From an uncultured Gammaproteobacteria bacterium (GTDB lineage Bacteria > Patescibacteriota > Microgenomatia > Levybacterales > UBA12049), in NCBI GenBank assembly GCA_964416505.1, contig CAYQEJ010000001.1, positions 1,692 through 65,691 of the forward strand: DNA of 64,000 bases, written 5' to 3'. Position 1 is the stretch's first letter, and the number at the start of each line of letters is the position of its first letter. Below the pieces are notes generated by a model. It was not told the origin of the DNA and searched no databases. It worked only from the letters and a program-made list of their open reading frames with translations. The translations under genes were made by a program, and so were the position numbers. Shown piece after piece: positions 47,577-55,697 of this stretch.

Positions 47577-48167
47577 ATGGAAAGAGCACCAATCTCCGTC
47601 CCGATTGGTGGGCAAACGAAAACCCCGGGCGGAGAATTAATAAGAGTAGACTTCGTAAACAGAAAAGTCGCCAGAAGAGACAGCGCGATTGTAAAGGATG
47701 TTCATGATCATGAAGCGCATCATGCTGGAGTAGCCTTAGCTACAGATACGAGAGTGCTTCATTTAACAACCATAAGAGACGGTAATACCTTAGGTTCAGT
47801 AACTACAGATCAGGCAAATAAGCATGTAGCTGCTGTGACTTGGGGTAGACCAGGAGCTGGAAGTGATGAATTTAAAACCATGCTTATGGGTGGAGATGAA
47901 GCTACTGCTATGGCTGCAAGAAGCATAGCCTCAAGTGTTTCAGATGGGATCAGTGAAATTGCAAAAGCTGCTGCAGTACAAGGTGAGCTCAGTGAGCGAG
48001 AAGTTACTGAAGCTTTTGAGGATGGTATAAAAGGTCGAGAGATTGTGGTTTATACTACAAATCAAGATGGATCAGTTACGCAGGAAAGAAAACGAACTAA
48101 AGGAAAATTTGTTGAAGTTATTCCCCTTTTTCCCGGTATCGAGGAGGAAATCCCCGAGGCAGCATAA
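47577..48167 (+). CDS. hypothetical protein, atypical composition
   Basis: 196 aa, no family recognised. Confidence 0.4.
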   Translation: MERAPISVPIGGQTKTPGGELIRVDFVNRKVARRDSAIVKDVHDHEAHHAGVALATDTRVLHLTTIRDGNTLGSVTTDQANKHVAAVTWGRPGAGSDEFKTMLMGGDEATAMAARSIASSVSDGISEIAKAAAVQGELSEREVTEAFEDGIKGREIVVYTTNQDGSVTQERKRTKGKFVEVIPLFPGIEEEIPEAA

Positions 48168-48228
48168 TATTACTTTCTTCTTGCACAATTTTTAACAATT
48201 CTTAATTGCTAATCGTTAGTATGAATTT

Positions 48229-48408
48229 ATGCCGAAGTATGGAAAAGGTGCAGGAAAGAAAGTAGAGATGGCCATGCACGAGATGCATGAAGGAAAACTA
48301 AAAAGCGGAAAATCAGGAAAAAAAGTCACCAATCCAAAGCAAGCCATAGCAATCGGTCTGTCCGAAGCTAGAGAACGAGGCATAAAGGTTCCTAGAAAGA
48401 AAAAATAA
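48229..48408 (+). CDS. small basic protein (59 aa), absent from the ORF track
   Basis: ATG...TAA ORF: MPKYGKGAGKKVEMAMHEMHEGKLKSGKSGKKVTNPKQAIAIGLSEARERGIKVPRKKK. Confidence 0.4.
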   Translation: MPKYGKGAGKKVEMAMHEMHEGKLKSGKSGKKVTNPKQAIAIGLSEARERGIKVPRKKK

Positions 48409-48409
48409 T

Positions 48410-48760
48410 ATGAAAAATTCTAAAAATGAAAACGCACGGGACATACTTATAAAAGGAGCAGTGGGGGCTGCTACCGCTGCAGGGGTAGTAGCTGCTGGAG
48501 TGGCCCTTGCTGACAAAGATACTCGAAAAAAAATAATAAAAGGAGTGAAATCAGCAATTGATTCAATAGACGATGTTAAAAATAATATTAAAGATAGCGT
48601 GGCAGATAATTCTCCTGTATCTATGGATGAGGCGAAGAAGCTCCCCGAAAAAGCTAAAGACAAGTTAAAAGATGTAAAAGAAGATGCGAAGGTAGAAGTA
48701 AAAGAAAAGGTTGAGAAAGAATCCAAGGAAACCTCCAAATCATCTAAAGCCTCAAAATAA
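48410..48760 (+). CDS. hypothetical protein with Gly/Ala-rich hydrophobic N-terminus and Lys/Glu-rich tail (YtxH-like?)
   Basis: 'GAVGAATAAGVVAAGVALA', then a charged helical region. Confidence 0.35.
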   Translation: MKNSKNENARDILIKGAVGAATAAGVVAAGVALADKDTRKKIIKGVKSAIDSIDDVKNNIKDSVADNSPVSMDEAKKLPEKAKDKLKDVKEDAKVEVKEKVEKESKETSKSSKASK

Positions 48761-48784
48761 ATCTCTAACTGCTATACTCTTCTT

Positions 48785-49537
48785 ATGTCACTTTCAGCTA
48801 AAGAACCTTTACGGTCTCCTGAAAATCCCTTTAATAAAGCAGTAATTGATTCGTTAAGAAGCGTTGATCAGGTCCTTTCTCCGAGAGATAAATCCCCTCT
48901 TTCATTTGATCAAAACGGCGTATCTCTTATGTCAGGAGGAAGTCCTCTAGCGCGAATTACTTCTTCAGATTTAGTAATAGCAGGGGAAAGTTTTCAGAAA
49001 AGAATCGCATCTGATCCAGGTGCAATTCCTAAGATGAAAGGAAATTTTGGAGCATTTTTGACGGAGCTTGGAGACGATTTAAAAGCTCTTAATCATCTTG
49101 GTATAAGTTACTTTGATCCAAATCTCGAGCAAGAACACAAAAATCTAATGCATGCAGTGGACGATGCAGGCATAGAAGCTCATGTGGATCCAGATGCGCC
49201 TGAAGGTCAAGAATGGATATTCTTAGGCCATGTTGATGATTGGCGCTCTCCTCTTTTTGAAATGGTTCTTAATCAAGGAGAAGCCGATCCATCTGATTTT
49301 TGGAGACCTCATTTTCAGATAGATTTGGATACTCATCTTCCCTGGGATCAGCTCAAAGCGCTAACAGAAAAGCATTTTGGAGATGATTTTTTCCAGTGGA
49401 CTTTGGATGTTCCTGAAGTGGGGGTAGTTGTGGGGATGGGAGTAATTGGAAAAGTAGGAGATTCCAAAATTGCTTTAGGCTTGGGGCCAACTAAGAGAAA
49501 TACCGAATATCACCGCCGCAGCCTCCAAAGTCATTAG
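48785..49537 (+). CDS. hypothetical protein, atypical composition
   Basis: 250 aa with a Ser/Pro-rich N-terminus. TATACT 6 nt before the ATG. Confidence 0.4.
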   Translation: MSLSAKEPLRSPENPFNKAVIDSLRSVDQVLSPRDKSPLSFDQNGVSLMSGGSPLARITSSDLVIAGESFQKRIASDPGAIPKMKGNFGAFLTELGDDLKALNHLGISYFDPNLEQEHKNLMHAVDDAGIEAHVDPDAPEGQEWIFLGHVDDWRSPLFEMVLNQGEADPSDFWRPHFQIDLDTHLPWDQLKALTEKHFGDDFFQWTLDVPEVGVVVGMGVIGKVGDSKIALGLGPTKRNTEYHRRSLQSH

Positions 49538-49538
49538 C

Positions 49539-50024
49539 TTACTGAATAGGGCTTAAGATAAATGCATGATGGTGGACTACTGTTCCTTTATATTCTATGG
49601 TTTCTAATCCAGTTGTAACATGTGTTTGAGGATATTCTCCTGTGATTCTGTAATCATATTGCCAGTCTCCATCAGGATCCGGCCTGCAATCTGATGTGAG
49701 TCTAGTCTTTTCAGCTAATTCAGAAATTTTTTTGATAAGATATTTTCCTACATCGTTGGTTGTAATACCTAAAGCGGAGAGTGTTGGTTCATCTGGAGTT
49801 CCACCTGCATATAATCGAGTAAATGAAAGATCTCCTACTTTAACTAGCTCTTGTCCTCCGCCCGAATGAGTCGCAAACCATTCATCGTGATAAATTTCTC
49901 CATCAGGTAGTGAGACGTGACTAGAGTTTCCACTAAATCCTCCACGATCCACCCTATCGATTGTTCCGCCGGCATATCCAGCTAAGAGTCCTTGCGTGAG
50001 TGCTGATTCAATTTTTTTATTCAT
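49539..50024 (-). CDS. hypothetical protein, atypical composition
   Basis: 161 aa. Ends 20 bp from tRNA-Lys(TTT). Confidence 0.4.
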   Translation of the reverse strand: MNKKIESALTQGLLAGYAGGTIDRVDRGGFSGNSSHVSLPDGEIYHDEWFATHSGGGQELVKVGDLSFTRLYAGGTPDEPTLSALGITTNDVGKYLIKKISELAEKTRLTSDCRPDPDGDWQYDYRITGEYPQTHVTTGLETIEYKGTVVHHHAFILSPIQ

Positions 50025-50044
50025 AGAAGATTAGGAAGTTTTTG

Positions 50045-50116
50045 TGAGCCGGCAGGGGATCGAACCCTGGACCAAGAGCTTAAAAGGCTCCTGCTCTACC
50101 GCTGAGCTACCGGCCC
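50045..50116 (-). tRNA. tRNA-Lys (anticodon TTT)
   Basis: Acceptor GGGCCGG/CCGGCTC, D-loop AGCTCAGCGGTAGAGC, anticodon stem GGAGC/GCTCT with loop CTTTTAA, T-arm GGTTCGATCCC. Confidence 0.8.
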
Positions 50117-50255
50117 TGAACAATTTCTTTAGAAATTTTCAGGGCAAACCCTATATTTCTAATGAGCCTATTATATAGGATTAGGCGTGAGGTTGACAAG
50201 TTAAACCTTTTCTAACAAAATTTGCAATTTTTTTATCCTGTAGTATAATCCAGCC

Positions 50256-50978
50256 ATGGGAATTGAGGATGAAATCAGGAAAATTAGAGCGCAGGCTGCT
50301 CACAGAGAAAGAGTGGCTAGGAATCTTGTAGCTAAGGCACAGAGAGAAAAGGATGCAGTTGTAAACCAGGAGCTTAAGGAAAAACTTGAAAGAGAAGCTA
50401 AAGAAAGAGCTAGAGAATTTGCTAATCAGAGATTTTACGATGCTTACATGTCAGGTGTAATGCTCCCTCTAATGTTGAGAGCGCTAGATGAACTAAATGG
50501 TTATAGTGACGCTGGAGGAGGATGGAGAATGACGAAAGTCTCGGGTACTGAAAGTTATCCGACAGGAGAATTTGAGGATACAGGATATGATAACACTCCA
50601 TCGAGGATATATGCATCTGCTAGCTATAAGGGCTTTGCTCTAGAAAGGCCAGAAATAGATTTTCTGGGAATTGCTAAAAGCCAATTTGGAGATTTAATCT
50701 TTGCTGGAGAGATAAATGGTTCGTTTACTGTCGTGCAGGTAGGAGGTAAAAGAAAACCAGGTATTTTAGGACATTTTATGCCTATGACTCCAAATGTTAG
50801 TAGACTTGTTTCATCATCAAAAATTTTAACTCCTTATGTTTCCCCAGAAAGTATAGCTGGAATATTAAATGATTTAGGAAATTCTGAATCAGCGCTTTTT
50901 ACTGATTTAAAAAATGTAACTGAAAAAGCTATGGTTGGAGCGGTAGCATCTCTTCCTGAATATAGAATTGCTAAATAA
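50256..50978 (+). CDS. hypothetical protein, atypical composition
   Basis: 240 aa. TTGCAA-16-TATAAT-6-ATG. Confidence 0.4.
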   Translation: MGIEDEIRKIRAQAAHRERVARNLVAKAQREKDAVVNQELKEKLEREAKERAREFANQRFYDAYMSGVMLPLMLRALDELNGYSDAGGGWRMTKVSGTESYPTGEFEDTGYDNTPSRIYASASYKGFALERPEIDFLGIAKSQFGDLIFAGEINGSFTVVQVGGKRKPGILGHFMPMTPNVSRLVSSSKILTPYVSPESIAGILNDLGNSESALFTDLKNVTEKAMVGAVASLPEYRIAK

Positions 50979-51020
50979 AACTTGCCTTGAAAATCAGTTT
51001 TAAGCTATAATATAGGGTAC

Positions 51021-51094
51021 GCCGTGTTCGTCTAGTGGCCTAGGACACCTGGTTTTCAGCCAGGGAATCAGGGGTTCGACTCCCCTACACGGTA
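51021..51094 (+). tRNA. tRNA-Glu (anticodon TTC)
   Basis: D-arm TCGTCTAGTGGCCTAGGACA (tRNA-Glu-type), anticodon stem CCTGG/CCAGG with loop TTTTCAG, T-arm GGGGTTCGACTCCCC, acceptor GCCGTGT/ACACGGT. Confidence 0.8.
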
Positions 51095-51099
51095 CTAAT

Positions 51100-51741
51100 T
51101 TACCAACCCCCGGAATTCCAAGACTCATATCTTGATGGATCTTCATCGGTATTTATTGGATGGCTTACCACATATGTTGATGGTTTTCTGAAATTTCTTT
51201 CTATGGCGGCATCAACTTTTAGTACATTTCTCGCATCAGAAGGTTTTAAAATTCTATCACCTAGCATAACTGATCCATCTTCTAATCCATATGCAATAAT
51301 TGCATCATACCAATCCTCATAACTTTTCATGTCATTTGATAATACATCTACTTGGATTGGTATATCAGATAGTAACGCACACAAGCGTGATCCTTCTCTT
51401 CTTAAAGAAAGACCTAGCTCTTGAGACAATTGTCCTAGTAAATTTGGAACTTCGCTTGTATCAAGTGCTTCATTTCTCAATCTCGCTTTTTCTGCTTCTA
51501 GCACAGCTTGCCTTGTAGCTTCTGCTTGCATCGTTTCTTGCTGTAACCTTCTGGCATCATCTTCAATTCTTGCTCTTTCTTTTCTTTCAGTCTCATTTTT
51601 TTCTATATCTTTGAGTCTTTGTGCTTCCTCGATAGCTCTTTGTTCTCTCAATCTGGGTAAGAAATTTCCATCACCAATATATCCATCTGGCCCAGATCTA
51701 ATTATATGCCGTAAGCCTTTTCTTATGTATTCCATGCGCAA
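51100..51741 (-). CDS. hypothetical protein with central coiled coil, atypical composition
   Basis: 213 aa, R/E-rich helix 'EAQRLKDIEKNETERKERARIEDDARRLQQE'. Confidence 0.4.
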   Translation of the reverse strand: MRMEYIRKGLRHIIRSGPDGYIGDGNFLPRLREQRAIEEAQRLKDIEKNETERKERARIEDDARRLQQETMQAEATRQAVLEAEKARLRNEALDTSEVPNLLGQLSQELGLSLRREGSRLCALLSDIPIQVDVLSNDMKSYEDWYDAIIAYGLEDGSVMLGDRILKPSDARNVLKVDAAIERNFRKPSTYVVSHPINTDEDPSRYESWNSGGW

Positions 51742-51798
51742 ATTATACTACAGGACATTTTTATAATCAAATAAAAATGATTCTATAGTAAATAAAAC

Positions 51799-53223
51799 AT
51801 GTATTTTGATAGAATCAGTTTAATGCTTAGCATTAGGAATTTATTAACGTTTTTTATTTATTCCACCTTTCTAGTTCTTTTCTTTCTGATTTCTCTTAAC
51901 CGTTATTTTTCATTTCAGATTTTTCAATACGACTTCGGGATATTTTCTTCAACCATTTATCAGCTCAGTCAATTTAAAATGGCTTATATTGAGCATATAA
52001 GCCTGGGAAATATAGCTTTTCTTGGAGATCATTTTCAGCCAAGCTTAGCTCTCCTATCTCCGCTATTTTGGATATTCAAAGATATTCGGATTCTGATATT
52101 TGAGCAGACTTTTAGTATTGTAGCGACTGGTTTTGTCATTCAAAGGATTGCTTTAAAAAAAGGACTCAAATTCTTGCCTAGTCTTTCAATTGCTATAATT
52201 TTTCTTTTGTATGCTGGTATTGAAAATCCGCTTGTCACGGATTGGCATCCTGAACCTACTGCAGGTCTTTTCCTAGTTCTTTTTGTTTATTTCTTTTTGT
52301 ATAGCAAGAAAAAATTCATTGCTCCAATTCTCGCTTTAGTATTTCTTGGATTTAAAGAAAGTAACGCTATTACTTTATCTTTTTTTCTATTCTCAAGCTT
52401 ATTTGTCTTACCTAAAAGAAGAAGAGAAATTACTATTTATTTAATTGGAGCTTTTGCATGGTTTTTTGCAACTATCAAACTTCTAATTCCACATTTTTCC
52501 GGAAGAGAATATTTTTATTCCCCCGAGCTTCCAAAAAGCATGCTTGATTTAAGACTTTCGCTCGAAAAAACAGCTAAATATGAATTTGTCTGGAAATCTT
52601 TATTTTCTTTTGGGTTATTGCCTCTTCTTGCCCGCTTTAGCCTCATTCCAATAGTAGGAGAAATTTTTATAAGAGTATTCCCTCTCCATTCATTCTTCGA
52701 AAGTTTTAATTTAAGCATGCACTACAATGTTTATCTTGGAATTTTCCTAGCTCTTGCTAGCATCGACGCACTACTCTTGGGTTTTAAAAAATTTAAATTT
52801 GAGAATATAGAAGTATTTGTCTCATTTGCTTTAATTTTATTTACTCTCTTCTTTGCTAAGAAATTTACAAATTCTCCTATAGTTTTAGCTACAAATCCTA
52901 CATTTTGGAAAGAGTTAAAACCCAGACAGGATCTCTTTAACAGTTTGAAATTTGTTCCAAAAAATGGCTTTTTAGCTTCCCAAAATAATTTACTTCCCTA
53001 TTTATCCTTGCGTGACGACAAGCTCATATCTATGAGTAAAGGTTATCGAATGAAAAATCCAGAAATAGTAGTTTTTGATCTTTCGGAAGGACAAAATCCA
53101 AATAACTTTTATCCAGAAAATTATCAATTTCTAGTTAAAGAGAAAACATTTTACGAAAAAAGTAAAAAATTTAAAAGGATTGATACGGGCAATAAAAACT
53201 TTTATGTATTTGTGAGGAACTAA
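51799..53223 (+). CDS. DUF2079-family polytopic membrane protein (paralog of the 13619 ORF)
   Basis: 'QYDFGIFSSTIYQ...GDHFQPSLALLSPLFW' parallels 'RFDLGNMAQTVW...HADFILAFLSPFY'. Confidence 0.5.
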   Translation: MYFDRISLMLSIRNLLTFFIYSTFLVLFFLISLNRYFSFQIFQYDFGIFSSTIYQLSQFKMAYIEHISLGNIAFLGDHFQPSLALLSPLFWIFKDIRILIFEQTFSIVATGFVIQRIALKKGLKFLPSLSIAIIFLLYAGIENPLVTDWHPEPTAGLFLVLFVYFFLYSKKKFIAPILALVFLGFKESNAITLSFFLFSSLFVLPKRRREITIYLIGAFAWFFATIKLLIPHFSGREYFYSPELPKSMLDLRLSLEKTAKYEFVWKSLFSFGLLPLLARFSLIPIVGEIFIRVFPLHSFFESFNLSMHYNVYLGIFLALASIDALLLGFKKFKFENIEVFVSFALILFTLFFAKKFTNSPIVLATNPTFWKELKPRQDLFNSLKFVPKNGFLASQNNLLPYLSLRDDKLISMSKGYRMKNPEIVVFDLSEGQNPNNFYPENYQFLVKEKTFYEKSKKFKRIDTGNKNFYVFVRN

Positions 53224-53789
53224 ACTTCGACGTCTTTATTTTCTTCTTCGCCTTCTGGCTCTGGAGGTAAAAATTCTTCTCCACCACTGTCATTTGATTC
53301 TTCTACTTTTTTATATTCTGGTTTTAACCACTCTACATAAGTGCATCCTGTGGCTTTCCTAGCTTCCCTATCCCAGCCTGCGGTAGAGCATTTTTTCATT
53401 CGCTTTCCTGCATTCGTAGTAAATAAAACAAGTGGGCTTCCGCACTCAGGGCAAGCTTCATCAAGTTTTTCAGTAGTGCCATTTATCCACTCTACATAGT
53501 CACATCCTTCAGATTTTTTTGTATCCTTATTCCAGACATTTGTAGAACACTTTTTCATTTTTTTACCAAATCTTGTTGTTTGAAGTATTAATGGGGATCC
53601 GCATTTAGGACACTTTTCATTTAGAGTCTCAGGAGGAGTTTCTAACCATTTTACATAGTCACATCCTTCATTTTGTTTGGTTTCTGGATTCCAGCTTCCA
53701 GTTGAGCACCTCTGTAGCCTCTTACCTGATGCTGTAGTTGTAACTTCTGCTAAAGGGCTTCCGCACTTAGGACAAATTTCTTCTGACAT
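53220..53789 (-). CDS. standalone protein with three tandem topoisomerase-type C4 zinc-ribbon repeats
   Basis: Three repeats of 'CP(K/E)CGSPL...(K/R)CST..W......GC.YVEWL'. Acidic tail. Confidence 0.5.
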   Translation of the reverse strand: MSEEICPKCGSPLAEVTTTASGKRLQRCSTGSWNPETKQNEGCDYVKWLETPPETLNEKCPKCGSPLILQTTRFGKKMKKCSTNVWNKDTKKSEGCDYVEWINGTTEKLDEACPECGSPLVLFTTNAGKRMKKCSTAGWDREARKATGCTYVEWLKPEYKKVEESNDSGGEEFLPPEPEGEEENKDVEV

Positions 53790-53844
53790 AAGATACTAGA
53801 ATAGCTCATTTATTTAAAATTGACAATATCTTATAATGCAAAGC

Positions 53845-54144
53845 ATGTTAGAAGCTGATGAAGTAAGAGATCCATTTAAATGTGCAGCTGTTCCGGATAT
53901 TGCAGTTGATCCTATTGATGGGCCAGGTGCGGAAGTAGGAATTTCTATAGTTTGTCTTCTTATTGAAGAGTGCGGTGCAAATCTCGAATTATCCACTACG
54001 GTTGTAGCTGAAGAAATAGAAACTCAGTTATCTTTTATAAGACATCAGTTGGCTCGTGAAGTTCCAAGAGTTTGTCTTGCTAATAAAGCCGCTCAGGAAG
54101 CAGGAGTATTGGAGAAATTTACTCCTCCCCCAGGGCTTTCCTAG
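53845..54144 (+). CDS. hypothetical protein, atypical composition
   Basis: The ORF-track ATG at 53836 lies inside the TATAAT hexamer; the second ATG at 53845 is more likely. TTTATT-17-TATAAT. Confidence 0.35.
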   Translation: MLEADEVRDPFKCAAVPDIAVDPIDGPGAEVGISIVCLLIEECGANLELSTTVVAEEIETQLSFIRHQLAREVPRVCLANKAAQEAGVLEKFTPPPGLS

Positions 54145-54348
54145 TATTGGTCTGGTTTGTTCTACTTTGTCTTATTGATCAGTTGATTAAATAGGTTTAT
54201 CATAGCTTTTACCCTTAATACGTAAGTATTAAATGGCAGGAACCTTTCGCAAGATAGGTACCCCGAAAGAACCCCAGCAATGGGGTTTTTTTGCGGCCGT
54301 TAATTCCTATATCCATTCCTTGGATGTCCTCTCCTATCCTATAACATT

Positions 54349-54377
54349 AGCCTCGCAAGGCCTGGCCTTGAGAGGCT
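54349..54377. repeat. 29-bp palindrome (copy 5, 1-nt variant ...CTTGAGAGGCT)
   Basis: Preceded by 'TCCTATCCTATAACATT'. Confidence 0.85.
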
Positions 54378-54413
54378 AGGTGAATTCAAACTTATCTTAT
54401 ATACCAAATACTA

Positions 54414-54452
54414 TCCTATAGTTTGACTTTTAGCTTCGTTTTTTGATAAAAT
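54414..54452 (+). promoter_or_regulatory. TCCTATAG-box promoter of the 54458 gene
   Basis: tcctatagtTTGACT-16nt-GATAAA-7nt-ATG. Confidence 0.5.
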
Positions 54453-54457
54453 AGCTT

Positions 54458-55594
54458 ATGCAAAATAGAGAAAAATCTCCAGCTCGAGTAAATCCAAGAG
54501 AAAATATGGTAAGTCTGCCTTTAGTGCCTTCGGAAAGACGAAGTCGGTTATCAAGTAGAAGAAATTTTTTTGCGGCATCAACACTAGGTCTAGCTGCATT
54601 AGGGGCTGTTTCTGGACAATTGTACTCAGATAATGCTCTTTTAATTCCTGAAATTGGACTGGAGCTACTTATGGATCAGGATTGTACAGTAATTCCTGAA
54701 TCTGCGAAAGAAAAAGTTATTTTAAATTTTGAATCTCCAAATAATCCACGTATGGATAGAATCTTAAAGCGTGCTGAGAGAGCAATTGATAGAGGAAATG
54801 AAGCAGGAATCCAAAGAGCTATAGGGCAAATTGAAGGATTCAGGATAGATATGGCGGAAAATTATGGACTGACTTTGCATGATCCTTCTCTAGCGCTTGA
54901 AGCAATTGATTCCGCAGATTCGTCAAGCGTTGTTTTTTCTGAGCTTCAGGGATATATGGAAGGTTTTGGAATAGCGCTTACAACAGAAAGAGATTTTATA
55001 AAAGATATGGCAGTTATAGGAGAAGCTTTAGATTTGGATAGTCTTCCTCCTGAAATATTTAGAATAGCTTCTAAAAATTTAATAACAATTTTTTCAAGAT
55101 TACCCGAAGAGCTAGTAAGTTTAGCCGACGTTAGAAGAATAGTTTTATGGAGTAGTATTTTTAACAATGAAAAAGTTGGAGGAACAAATAAATTTAATAA
55201 CACCATGCATCTTCCTGTCAGCATATTGATAGATCCTGAGGAGGGATCAAATACAGTCAATCATGAATTGGGGCACTCAATAGATAATGCTATTTGCGGA
55301 AGAATAGGAGCAACTAGAGATGCTGAGTATAGTGACTTAAATTCAGCGGAAACAACTTATGGAGCGCATAATTCATCGACAGATTTTATGTACTCATATG
55401 GAGGAGTTAGCGTTGAAGAGGATAAAGCAACTGTGTATGAATTTATGCTGGATTTGATTAGGAATCCACATGATTTAAGTCCAGTAGTACAAGAAAAACA
55501 GAAACTTCTTCTCGCAAGACTTGAAGCAAATATTCCAGTTATTTCTGACTATTTAAGAGCTGTAAGCAATTTTAGCTCAGAAGGAAATTCTTAG
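54458..55594 (+). CDS. Tat-signal secreted protein with HExxH (HELGH) zinc-metallopeptidase-like motif, atypical composition
   Basis: 'SSRRNFFAASTLGLAALGAVSG' is a twin-arginine signal. 'TVNHELGHSIDN'. Flanked by palindrome copies 5 and 6. Confidence 0.5.
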   Translation: MQNREKSPARVNPRENMVSLPLVPSERRSRLSSRRNFFAASTLGLAALGAVSGQLYSDNALLIPEIGLELLMDQDCTVIPESAKEKVILNFESPNNPRMDRILKRAERAIDRGNEAGIQRAIGQIEGFRIDMAENYGLTLHDPSLALEAIDSADSSSVVFSELQGYMEGFGIALTTERDFIKDMAVIGEALDLDSLPPEIFRIASKNLITIFSRLPEELVSLADVRRIVLWSSIFNNEKVGGTNKFNNTMHLPVSILIDPEEGSNTVNHELGHSIDNAICGRIGATRDAEYSDLNSAETTYGAHNSSTDFMYSYGGVSVEEDKATVYEFMLDLIRNPHDLSPVVQEKQKLLLARLEANIPVISDYLRAVSNFSSEGNS

Positions 55595-55606
55595 GCCTAT
55601 AACGCT

Positions 55607-55635
55607 AGCCTTGCAAGGCCTGGCCTTGCGAGGCT
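55607..55635. repeat. 29-bp palindrome (copy 6, variant AGCCTTGCAAGG...)
   Basis: Preceded by 'GCCTATAACGCT'. Confidence 0.85.
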
Positions 55636-55697
55636 AGATGAAGTCAATCTTTTTAAAAGCTAAAAATTGTTTGAATTTGGGTATTTATATATAATAG

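Noticed and set aside
53814-53996. 60-aa minus-strand ORF overlapping the start of 53845..54144.
   Set aside because: It overlaps a gene that has a consensus promoter. It is mutually exclusive with that gene and has no supporting signals.
458-55635. The 29-bp palindromes as ordinary rho-independent terminators.
   Set aside because: None is followed by a U tract on either strand, and identical sequence recurs six times; terminators are rarely sequence-identical. They may still stabilise RNA ends.
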